Assembly (NCBI RefSeq): GCF_006345805.1
Contig: NW_021827009.1
Span: 1 to 11,351, forward strand
Length of the DNA: 11,351 nucleotides
From: Octopus sinensis
Lineage: Eukaryota
Reading direction: 5' to 3'
The notes under the pieces are model-generated. The model was not told the origin of the DNA. It ran no database searches and was given only the letters and a program-made list of their open reading frames with translations. Every line of letters starts with the position of its first letter. Within the stretch, counting starts at the first letter, position 1. Below are positions 1-9,049 of the stretch, piece by piece. Position numbers and translations under genes: made by a program.

Positions 1-24
1 CATTACTGTATTGTTTACATCAGT

Positions 25-104
25 ATAGTTTTTTTTGGTGCATCTAAGTTAGGTACCATATTCAAGTAAATTTTTAAATTAACTTGAATCTTTATTGCTC
101 TTTG
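25..104. mobile_element. Fragment of the same interspersed repeat family as 7770-8010, in the opposite orientation
   Basis: The reverse complement reads aagttaatttaaaaatttac-ttgaatatggtacctaacttagatgcacc, versus aagttcagtaaaaatttagatgcagatgaatatggtacttcagttaaaggcaca at about 7776-7829. An exact 12-mer is shared (53-64 rc = 7802-7813). Boundaries are approximate. Confidence 0.55.
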
Positions 105-137
<33 letters not shown>

Positions 138-138
138 T

Positions 139-172
<34 letters not shown>

Positions 173-229
173 ATATATGTATATATATGTATATATATGT
201 ATATATATAGTATATATATATATATATAT
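105..229. repeat. (TA)n microsatellite, interrupted
   Basis: Directly visible. Confidence 0.97.
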
Positions 230-878
230 GTATTATATGCGTCATAACTCACAAAAAGCATTTACAAAATTTATTATCCCATATCTGTTTTAATAAATAG
301 TTTGTACGTATTTTCACATACATATAATTTGATTTTCTTCTTCGGTTTTCAATTTTTTCGGTTCATACTTTTTTTCTTTGGCTTTTAAATATGTCCACAT
401 GAAGTCGAAAAATATTCTGAAACCTTTTAACTGAAGAAGGTTTACGCAATGGATGCATTTCCGATGACATATTACATCCATGTGAAACGTACGTATTAAA
501 TGATTTCAAAATATTAATTTTTCGTTTGACTTCAGTATTATAACTTAAACGACTCAATGCCAGTATAAACTAACTGTTCCAGACAACACTTATGCAGAAA
601 CTCTAGCACAGATTTGGAGTAGAGCCGGAATTCTGGTACCATGCACCGCTTCTTTGCATAACACGATATATGTGTTTATATATTTCCTCTCGTTCTGGTC
701 TAAAGACCCGCCATGTTTGTTTCCGTTCGGTTTCCTTGTATGTCTCCACTGTCATGTTTTTGTTCCCAACTTTGAGCCTCCATAAATCCAAAATTTTATT
801 CTGGTATTTATGAAAGCACCTGTCTTCGAAGACTCATATTGTCGTTGAATGCTGGAAATGAGGAGTAGATAGACAGCC

Positions 879-915
879 GACAACTGACGAAGGGTCGTTC
901 TTTATGTTACTTGTC
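879..915 (+). other. Decayed hammerhead-like motif (stem I plus CUGACGA, lacking GAAA and a valid cleavage triplet)
   Basis: GACAA (879-883) is followed by CTGACGA (884-890), a weak stem AGGG/TTCT, and the complementary TTGTC (911-915). Confidence 0.3.
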
Positions 916-984
916 CTTTTTTCCTTTTGTCTCGTTGCTTACGTATTTCATGTTGTTTGAACCGTTAGTGACGTCCTGTACCCA

Positions 985-1096
985 TACATATGTGTGTGTG
1001 TGTGTGTATGTACATATATATAGATATAAATATATACATATACGTATATACATACATACACACACACACACTTATATATATATATATATATATATA
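985..1096. repeat. Compound TG/TA/CA microsatellite
   Basis: Directly visible. Confidence 0.95.
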
Positions 1097-1098
1097 GG

Positions 1099-1290
1099 GA
1101 ATGATAAAGGAATAAGCGATTATGTTATTAACTTCATTAGCTTACAGCTGTTTCTGCGATAAGATGCAATGCACTCATAGTTGAATGCTGGACTAGGCTC
1201 AAGCTCTGAACTACGAGTGCGAGCACCCTTAGCAGAAACAACCGTAAGCCAATGAAGTTCATATCATAATCGTTTATTCTTTTGTCATTC
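1099..1290. repeat. 192-bp imperfect palindrome (foldback element)
   Basis: The outer 59 bp of the arms match at 51/59 positions by manual alignment. The inner arms still align (gcactcatagtt / aactacgagtgc). The centre of symmetry falls on CTAG at 1193-1196. Confidence 0.9.
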
Positions 1291-1564
1291 TGATTTCTTA
1301 TACCTGGTCAATAATTAACTGACGCTTCCTTCTGAAGCATATGGATATGTATGTATCAATAATCGCAAGTAATGTTATCAAGCGGTTATAATTAGTAGAC
1401 AACAAACGGTTTATTTAAAATTATACACTAATTAAGATAAAAAATTTCGAATCTATTTTAAATCCTCTCCTTAATATTATATGCCAGTTATTGTTATCAG
1501 AAAGGCCTGGTCCTAAAGCAATCACCAGAAGTGACATCCACTTCATATATCTGCTTCTAATCAG

Positions 1565-1662
1565 ATATCTATCTATCTATCTATCTATCTATATATATAT
1601 ATTATTATATAGATATATATATATTATATATATATATATAGATCTATATATATATATATTAT

Positions 1663-1698
<36 letters not shown>
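1565..1698. repeat. (TCTA)n followed by (TA)n microsatellite
   Basis: Directly visible. Confidence 0.95.
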
Positions 1699-1701
<3 letters not shown>

Positions 1702-1704
1702 CTA

Positions 1705-2870
1705 TGTACGCACATACACACACATATACGCACATACATATATACCTACACACATGCACACACAGACACACATACGCACATGCATACGCATACATGCATA
1801 CATGCAGACACACACACACACGCACGCACGCACCTACATACACACACACATACATACACCCATACACATACATGCATCCTACACACACAGACATACACAC
1901 TCAACACATACATACCACACACACACCACTCACACACCTGCATACGCGCTACACATGCACCACACACACCTTCATTCCACACACACACGTACATACATAC
2001 ACTGATACACATACACACACACACACACACGACATACATCTATATCACACATATACACACCCATACTACATACATTCATCGGACACACTGACACCCAGAC
2101 TTACACACAGACACACTCACACATCCACACACATACATACTTACAACACACACTCGCAGGCGCGCGCACATACACGCTTGTGCACGTTCGCGCACGCATA
2201 CACGCATGCATGCACCACGCTCGTGGTTTGACCGACTAGATCTCCTGTACGTATCTTGGGCCGGCGCGTGTCTTTGGGTTCTCCCACGCCTGTCGCCGCG
2301 GGACCACTCTTCCATCCCCCCCCTCCGCTGCAGTTTTTTTCCTTAAACCGCCCCTCTTTGTACACACACGCACGCACATACACACACCCACTCACACACA
2401 CACATTTGCATATATATATACATTACACTTACACACACTTCAAATTTACTTGCCATACACACAACTACGCACACTGGACACACTACCACTCTACACACAC
2501 CCTGGCACGTTACATACGCCCCCAACCCTTTCCCTCCTTCCCTTCTTCCCTCCTTCCTCCCATTTTTTACCCCTACGACACTCACTCGAGATTGCTATGT
2601 CATCTGTTCGCCCTGCAACGCACTAACATATACATATTTTTGTTTTTTTTATCTCGCCTCACACACACATACACACACGCACACGCACACACTCACACAT
2701 ACATACAACACGCACACACACATACCTCCCTGTTTCTGATCTGCCTTTCTGACTTGCTAGGGTACCCCCCACACACTCCTTAATTCTACTACTGCCTGCT
2801 ACTAGCCACTGTCTACCACCATACACACACATACACCACACGCACACACTCCAACACACACCCTCGTTTT
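1705..2870. repeat. Long degenerate (CA)n/(CATA)n low-complexity tract with C/T-rich interruptions
   Basis: CA/CACG/CATA units dominate 1705-2215, 2360-2500, 2660-2725 and 2820-2862. Most of the plus strand here is strongly G-depleted. Confidence 0.85.
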
Positions 2871-3182
2871 CTCGCACACCTTTTTTACCATTCCCTCTTT
2901 GATTCAGCTCTCCTGTTTTTAAAAAACATTTTCCTCCTTTTTTACTACTTCCGTCTTTCGTCTTTTCAGTATGGGACCTCGTGAAGACTACCTGCAATTT
3001 TTTTCTCCGCTGTCCTCCGTCTCGGGATCTTTCTTTCTCCTCCTATGTTTTCCGACGAAGAGCTCCGCTCGAACGTCATAACCCTCCTTTTTCCATTTTC
3101 CTGAGCGCCTAATAATAATAAACTGTAATTGTTCCACGTGTTGTTGTTTTTTTCTGTTTTCCCGTTTGGATTACCAACCTTC

Positions 3183-3208
3183 ATATATATAATATATATA
3201 TATATATA

Positions 3209-3245
<37 letters not shown>

Positions 3246-3288
3246 ATCCATATTTCTATCTGTCTATCTATCTATCTATATCTATTTC

Positions 3289-3365
<77 letters not shown>

Positions 3366-3460
3366 TATCTATTTATCTGTCTGTCTACCTGTCTATCTAT
3401 ATATCTATCTATGTGCCTCTCTATTTGTTTGTCGCTCCGTCTCACTTTCTCTCTCTCCCT

Positions 3461-3490
<30 letters not shown>
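3183..3490. repeat. Compound (TA)n-(TCTA)n-(TC)n microsatellite
   Basis: Directly visible. Confidence 0.95.
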
Positions 3491-3491
<1 letters not shown>

Positions 3492-3492
3492 T

Positions 3493-3608
3493 CAGAAACT
3501 TTCCCACTGAAATATAAAACCAAGATTGACAAACAAAGAAGAATTTCACAGTCTAATGATAGCATCAAAGAGATCGATAATATTATTTGGGTTAGCACCG
3601 GTGGTGGT
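3493..3608 (+). repeat. Copy 1 of an exact 116-bp direct duplication
   Basis: cagaaactttcc...agcaccggtggtggt is identical to 9050-9165 (offset 5557). Confidence 0.95.
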
Positions 3609-3683
3609 GGGTGAGTGGATGGTGGTGGGTGGTGGTGGGGATCACTGAATATCGGTAGATGTCATTGCCAGAGAGGTGAAACC

Positions 3684-3851
3684 TACACACACACACATAT
3701 ATACATGCATTCATATATAAATATATATAGATATGTAGACACACACACACACACACACACACATACATATATATAATAAATTCACACACAGGCATATAGC
3801 ATATACATACACACATACACACATTTATATGTGTGTATGTGTGTGTGTGTA

Positions 3852-3900
<49 letters not shown>

Positions 3901-4305
3901 TGTATGTATGTATGTATGTATACGTGCATACTTACATGCATGCATACATAGTTACATATATACATAGATGCAAGCATTTATACATAAACGCATATGGATA
4001 CATATGTAGGTACGTTCATATGTATATACACGTATACACACATATATACATACATGCATACACACATACAAGCACATATACATACATACATACATAATAC
4101 ACACATACATACTTACATAATACATACATACATACATACATACATTCACACACATATACATACATACATGCAAACATACATTCATACATTCACACATACA
4201 TACATACATACATACATACATACATACATACATACATACATGCAAACATACATTCATACATTCACACATACATACATACATACATACATACGTACACACG
4301 CACAT
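3684..4305. repeat. Compound CA/TA/TG/(TATG)n/(TACA)n microsatellite block
   Basis: Directly visible: (TATG)n at about 3871-3920 and (TACA)n at about 4080-4290. Confidence 0.95.
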
Positions 4306-4324
4306 AGAAAGGCAGAGTGTATAC

Positions 4325-4408
4325 GTTTGTAATCCAATCCAGTCCCGGGTGTAGTGGATCGATATCCAGAGTAAAGTCGGTGCTTCTCTACTCCTGGGAC
4401 TGCATTTT
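4325..4408 (-). CDS. Candidate 84-nt internal exon of an unidentified gene
   Basis: The minus strand reads ctctaat (branch-like) ...tttcttgctag|AAAATGCAG...TACAAAC|gtatac. The length is divisible by 3 and two frames are open (NAVPGVEKHRLYSGYRSTTPGTGLDYK or KCSPRSREAPTLLWISIHYTRDWIGLQ). It is a complex, higher-GC island between microsatellites. The donor is weak. Confidence 0.4.
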
Positions 4409-4455
4409 CTAGCAAGAAACCAATTAGAGGCCACAAATTGATCATTCCATCTATT

Positions 4456-4473
4456 GGATGTGGTTGCTGTTGT

Positions 4474-4504
<31 letters not shown>

Positions 4505-4662
4505 ACAGTATTTTTCTTACTTCTGTTGTTGTTGTTGCTGCTGCTGCTGCTGCTATTGTGGTTGTTGCTTGTGCTAATGTTGTTGATAGCGTTAATGATG
4601 ATGAGGATGGGGTGTGGTGGTGGTGGTGGTGGTGGTGGTTGTGGTTGTGGTGGTGGTGGTAG
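4456..4662. repeat. Compound trinucleotide microsatellite (GTT, GAT, GCT, GGT)
   Basis: (GAT)n at about 4475-4504, (GTT)/(GCT)n at about 4525-4554, (GGT)n at about 4612-4660. Confidence 0.95.
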
Positions 4663-4727
4663 TGCAGTTAGTGTTACTCACTAGGATGACTTAAATTCCT
4701 GTGAGAAACCCTTTCTTCACATCATTA

Positions 4728-4852
4728 TACACACACACACACACGCACTTATATATATACATATATACATACACTCATATCTCTCTCTCTATATATATAT
4801 ATATATATGAGTGTGTGTGTATATGTATACATTCATAGATATATATATATAC

Positions 4853-4894
<42 letters not shown>

Positions 4895-4953
4895 TACATA
4901 TGTACACTCATACATACATACACACACATACATACATATACATAGATATATAG

Positions 4954-4997
<44 letters not shown>

Positions 4998-5040
4998 GTA
5001 TATATATAATATATATATATATTATATATATATATATATT

Positions 5041-5085
<45 letters not shown>

Positions 5086-5086
5086 G
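4728..5086. repeat. Compound CA/TA microsatellite with long (TA)n
   Basis: Directly visible. Confidence 0.95.
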
Positions 5087-5569
5087 CGAGGTTAAGAGAG
5101 GTACTGTTGTCTAGGAGACCCAAAGAGTGTCGGGTAACGCTAAGTGCCACGGATAGACCGCGGTTAAACACATACAATGGGACCCAGTAACTTCAACTGT
5201 TACGGGGTTCCTTCGCAACCATCAACAGACAATATGGCAACATCCCAAATTGTCTGTAAGTTTTTGCCACTCATGCAAAGACTCCAAGACAGGGAACTGT
5301 GTGACTGGGTAAAATCCTTGAAAATAGAGTGAAGCTGTGGGTCTCTTTCTACTGACACCGAGCACTTGGTAACAACTGTTATCCTTTATAATGTCTTTGT
5401 TTCGTGGCCCAGGTCAGCTAACTAAAAAATTTAAATAAAAGTTTAACATCTCAGATTTTGATTTATGTTGCTTTCCTCAGTTATTTCACATGCCAAGGTC
5501 CCTTGCATGAATATAAATGTCCTGTACCTTATAGTTTTTATGTTATGAGATGACGGAAATTAAGGATTA

Positions 5570-5945
5570 CTAGCAGTATCACCTGGCGTTGCTCGGGTTT
5601 GTTCCAACCCTTTATAATTGGAATTTTGCATTATGTAGCTTGTTATTCTCTTTAATTGAACATTTTTCTGGTTGAAATACACCGAAAAATGGCAACACAG
5701 CAGTCAAAGAATCGTAAAAAATAGGGATTTTCATAGAAAAAAAAGCATCTTTTTGATGTAAATAATTTTTGGTGTTAACATGGTCCGATTTGAATTTTAT
5801 CTTCTACGGAAGGAAGAGCAAGCCTTCTTCTATCATACTCTCAATTTTGGTCAACTTTCGCCGCAGGGTCTCTGAAGAGATAGTATTAGTTGAAGGCTAC
5901 CAAACCTGCCATACACAAACAACTTCAGCTTTATAAAGAGGGAGA
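5570..5945 (-). mobile_element. Non-autonomous Helitron (376 bp)
   Basis: On the minus strand it starts A|TCTCCCTCTTTATAAAGCTGAAG (5945) and ends ACCCGAGCAACGCCAGGT-GATACTG-CTAG|T (5570). This gives a 5' TC, a GC-rich subterminal hairpin at 5581-5598, a 3' CTRR and insertion in an AT dinucleotide with no TSD. These are the canonical Helitron hallmarks. Confidence 0.8.
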
Positions 5946-6292
5946 TTTATCTACACGTTTGGTGAATCTTAACCTGATGAAATAAAACAAAGCTAAGATT
6001 TGGCTTAAGAGAATCTTACATTTTAAAGAATTATGGCGTTGCATAAATCACGTTTTTAAAAATTCTCAATTTTCTGGGGTTTTCTATTTTTTGTTTCGAG
6101 TTTTTTTTTCTTATCTAGCGACATACCCATAAACAGAATTTTGTCATATGAAAAGTTTTCGTGCAATGTCATTTTCTAGAGACAAAATGGTCAAAGAATT
6201 TTAGAGATTTTCAGTCACGGTTCAGTGAAAATTGTTCTTTGTAAACCACGTTTCCGCTTTACAGTCGGTGGTTTCAAGTACAGCTTGATACA

Positions 6293-6531
6293 ACAGGCTA
6301 AGTGCGAAGAAGCTTGCTTCCCAACCTCATGTTTCTGGGTTCAGTTCCACTGCGTGACATCTTAGGCAAGTGTCTCTTATAAAAGGCCCGAGCCGACGAA
6401 AGCCTTGATTTGGTTTTTGGTTGACGGAAACTGAAAGAAGCCCGTCGTGTATGTAGTATATATATATATGTATATATGTAAATCTATATGTATGTGTGAG
6501 TGTGTGTTTGTCTGTGTAAGTATGCGTGAGA

Positions 6532-6616
<85 letters not shown>

Positions 6617-6762
6617 TGCGTGTGAGTGCGTTCCCCATCACTGCTTGACAAGCGGTGTTGTTGTGTTTACGTCCCCGCAATCTAGCGACCAAAAATATTC
6701 TTCAAGACAGAGCACAGCATGGCCACAGTCTAATGACTGGAACAAGTAAAAGAGAAAAAAAA
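6293..6762 (+). mobile_element. tRNA-derived SINE (CORE-like) with an internal TA/TG microsatellite
   Basis: It has a degenerate A box near 6296, B-box-like GGGTTCAGTTCC (6337-6348) and CORE/MIR-like catcttaggcaagtgtc (6358-6374). The 3' tail cagcatggccacagtctaatgactggaacaagtaaaagag is followed by an A run. It resembles octopus SINEs from recall. Confidence 0.75.
6533..6614. repeat. Pure (TG)41 microsatellite inside the SINE
   Basis: 82 nt of uninterrupted TG. Confidence 0.97.
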
Positions 6763-6824
6763 CCCCAAAAATGCCGATAGTAACACCAGGGGTCGCTACA
6801 ATTAGGTGTGGCTCAGAAATTAAC

Positions 6825-7254
6825 CGAAGAAATTTTGTGCGCCGCACTTTGGATGACGTGTTTCTTTTTTCTTTCCTGAGCTCTGGGATTTCCTAAGTTA
6901 CAAATCTACTTTCCACTGAAACTCCATTAATAATTCATGTTGAGTATCAGGTTTGCAACACGATATTGTCAGTTTGATATTGTTCTCATCAATTTCGGAA
7001 TTGTTCACCAAATCCTGAGAGGAACTTAAACAATTTCGCAATTTGATCAGATGGGTTGATGCTCTTACGTAATTGGGTGACCCAGCAATTCCACAGCTGG
7101 CTTCCAACCATTCTGATTCACTCGATTTCTTTTAAAGAAGCGTCACTACTCGTTCCATCTCGAAATTTCTTTGTAACAAAGTGTTTGGAAGCATCAGAAT
7201 AACTTATGGTGGTCTCTTCACACAAACCTTTCCTTTCTGATTCATCGAGTGAAA
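6825..7254 (-). pseudogene. Candidate disrupted coding exon (pseudo-exon or indel-error-affected exon), product unknown
   Basis: The acceptor-like ttctgccctcatttttactttcgattag precedes 7254. Three consecutive open segments follow: SLDESERKGLCEETT...SSDASL, then KKSSESEWLEASCG...WKVDL*, then EIPELRKEKRNTSSKVRRTKFLR. The first two are joined by a 1-nt shift at the T4 run 7130-7133. The 3' end is uncertain (stop at 7118 or 6898, or a weak donor after 6825). Confidence 0.4.
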
Positions 7255-7423
7255 CTAATCGAAAGTAAAAATGAGGGCAGAAGATAAATTTTAAATATAT
7301 CAGAACCTGGGGTCTGAATATTTTTTTTTTGTTTTTGCTTTTATTTATTTATTTATTTTTTCATTTTTGAAACGGTCCGATACCTCACCCAAAAACTATT
7401 ATTAAATAAAACTTTTCAGCTTA

Positions 7424-7434
7424 CATATATATAC

Positions 7435-7482
<48 letters not shown>

Positions 7483-7520
7483 TGTGTGTGTATACATGTG
7501 TATATACATATGTATATATA
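7424..7520. repeat. TA/TG microsatellite
   Basis: Directly visible. Confidence 0.95.
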
Positions 7521-7528
7521 TTCTAAAT

Positions 7529-7574
7529 AAAACTGTCTGACGAACGGGAACGTGAGACTCTGAGTAACACTTTT
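7529..7574 (+). ncRNA. Minimal type I hammerhead ribozyme motif, probably inactivated (GAAA>GAGA)
   Basis: Stem I AAAACUGU (7529-36) pairs with ACACUUUU (7567-74) with one mismatch. The core CUGACGA (7537-43) is followed by stem II ACG-GGAA-CGU (7544-53), GAGA (7554-57), a near-palindromic stem III CUC-U-GAG (7558-64) and the triplet GUA (7564-66). Confidence 0.65.
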
Positions 7575-7655
7575 TGTGATAGTTCTCCTGCTTTTTAATA
7601 AAGCATATTACTCTACCTCTGGTTTTCGAGTACTATTTTTCCAACTTGTTTCGCA
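7529..7655 (+). mobile_element. Putative Penelope-like pseudo-LTR remnant
   Basis: The hammerhead motif is followed by AATAAA (7597-7602) and TACTCTACCTCTGG (7609-7622). The same order of motifs recurs on the minus strand at 7900-7998. Confidence 0.5.
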
Positions 7656-7656
7656 T

Positions 7657-7696
7657 ATATGCACACACACACACACATGCACACACATACACACAC

Positions 7697-7753
<57 letters not shown>

Positions 7754-7765
7754 CACACACTATGT
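7657..7765. repeat. (CA)n microsatellite, interrupted
   Basis: Directly visible. Confidence 0.95.
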
Positions 7766-7769
7766 ATGG

Positions 7770-8010
7770 TATTATAAGTTCAGTAAAAATTTAGATGCAG
7801 ATGAATATGGTACTTCAGTTAAAGGCACAAGAATTTGGTATGGTATTATCCATATAAATCAAATGGGGTGACTATAATCAAAATAAGCAGCAAGGATATC
7901 CAAAGGTAGAGTAGTACAATCGTTTCATGCTACTTCATTTTATTAAACAATGTAAGTATTACATCAGTTTTTAAAATGTAGAGCAATCTTCAGCCACATA
8001 TGGAATTTTT
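7770..8010 (-). mobile_element. Second, diverged pseudo-LTR-like repeat, convergent with 7529-7655
   Basis: The minus strand reads TGTGG-CTGAAGA (7993-7987)...AAAAC-TGAT-GTA (7971-7960)...TTTAATAAA (7947-7939)...TACTCTACCTTTGG (7913-7900, 13/14 match to 7609-7622). The distal part is similar to 25-104. Confidence 0.45.
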
Positions 8011-8049
8011 TAATCAAAAATTCCATATGTGGCTGAAGATTGCTCTACA
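7977..8049. repeat. Perfect inverted repeat, 34-bp arms, 5-nt spacer (TAATC)
   Basis: tgtagagcaatcttcagccacatatggaattttt (7977-8010) is the exact reverse complement of 8016-8049. Confidence 0.98.
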
Positions 8050-8052
8050 AGA

Positions 8053-8116
<64 letters not shown>

Positions 8117-8128
8117 AAGAGAGAGAGA
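8050..8128. repeat. (GA)n microsatellite
   Basis: Directly visible; it abuts the perfect hairpin. Confidence 0.96.
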
Positions 8129-8599
8129 GGTTAAAAATCTCTACCTCACTGTGAATTAAAACTGAATTGCGTAGTTGAAATCTTCATAATAAAAGGAACT
8201 TAAAAACCACATTTTGATTTATAAAAATGTTAAATTTGCTGTTTTTAAGAATTAATCGAAACAAGGTAGATTTTAATGATTGCTTTCTTTCATTAAAAGT
8301 TACATTTTCCAAATTAATTAATAAACAACTTTCTTCATTATAACTGCCCAAAAATGTCGTCGAAATATGACGACACCACGTGACATAATGTGTCATTTAT
8401 AGAGATGACGGTTGTGAGACGATTTAGATTTCTGATGAGTAATATTCGATTTGTGATAAATGCAAACATTTTATAGAGAGAAAATATATTCGATTCTCCT
8501 TTGAATATTTGAGCGAACAAGTCTTTCACAAACTTTGTTTCATATCTCAGGCATTCATGTTCTTTAAGCCATTGTTGGTAGAGTTTCTTCCAAAAATAT

Positions 8600-8611
8600 T
8601 ATCTATCTATC

Positions 8612-8642
<31 letters not shown>

Positions 8643-8649
8643 CTATCTA

Positions 8650-8736
<87 letters not shown>

Positions 8737-8816
8737 TTTTGTCTGTCTATCTATCTACATATCTATCTATTTATCTATCTGTCTGTCTATCTATCCATCT
8801 ATATCTGTCTGTCTAT

Positions 8817-8875
<59 letters not shown>

Positions 8876-9000
8876 CTTATACAGCCATATTCACCGTATT
8901 TGTTCCTCTCAATCTCCCTCTGCCTGTCTGTCTCTATATCCTCTCTCTTTTTCTCTCCGTACTCTCTCTCTCCCTCTTCCTCTCTTTCTTTCTCCCCGTA

Positions 9001-9033
<33 letters not shown>

Positions 9034-9049
9034 TCTCTCGCTCTCTCTC
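8600..9049. repeat. (TCTA/TCTG)n followed by degenerate (TC)n
   Basis: Directly visible. Confidence 0.95.

Noticed and set aside
363-791. Two short minus-strand ORFs as a possible Penelope RT or GIY-YIG remnant
   Set aside because: No recognisable RT or GIY-YIG motifs in the translations examined.
1491-2231. 246-aa ORF and overlapping His/Thr- or Cys/Val-rich ORFs
   Set aside because: These are translations of CA/TA microsatellites, which lack stop codons by construction.
4454-4684. ORF with poly-D, poly-L and poly-G resembling a membrane peptide
   Set aside because: It is a compound trinucleotide microsatellite with a non-ATG start and no other coding evidence.
5974-5995. CTGATGA motif
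   Set aside because: No stem II or downstream GAAA-UH arrangement.
6785-6811. PHLIVATPG on the minus strand resembling DEAD-box motif Ib
   Set aside because: It lacks the following RL, no other helicase motifs are nearby, and it runs into a SINE tail, so it is probably chance.
8432-8455. CTGATGA followed by GTAATATTCGATT
   Set aside because: There is no GAAA, stem III or stem I complement, so it is not a hammerhead.
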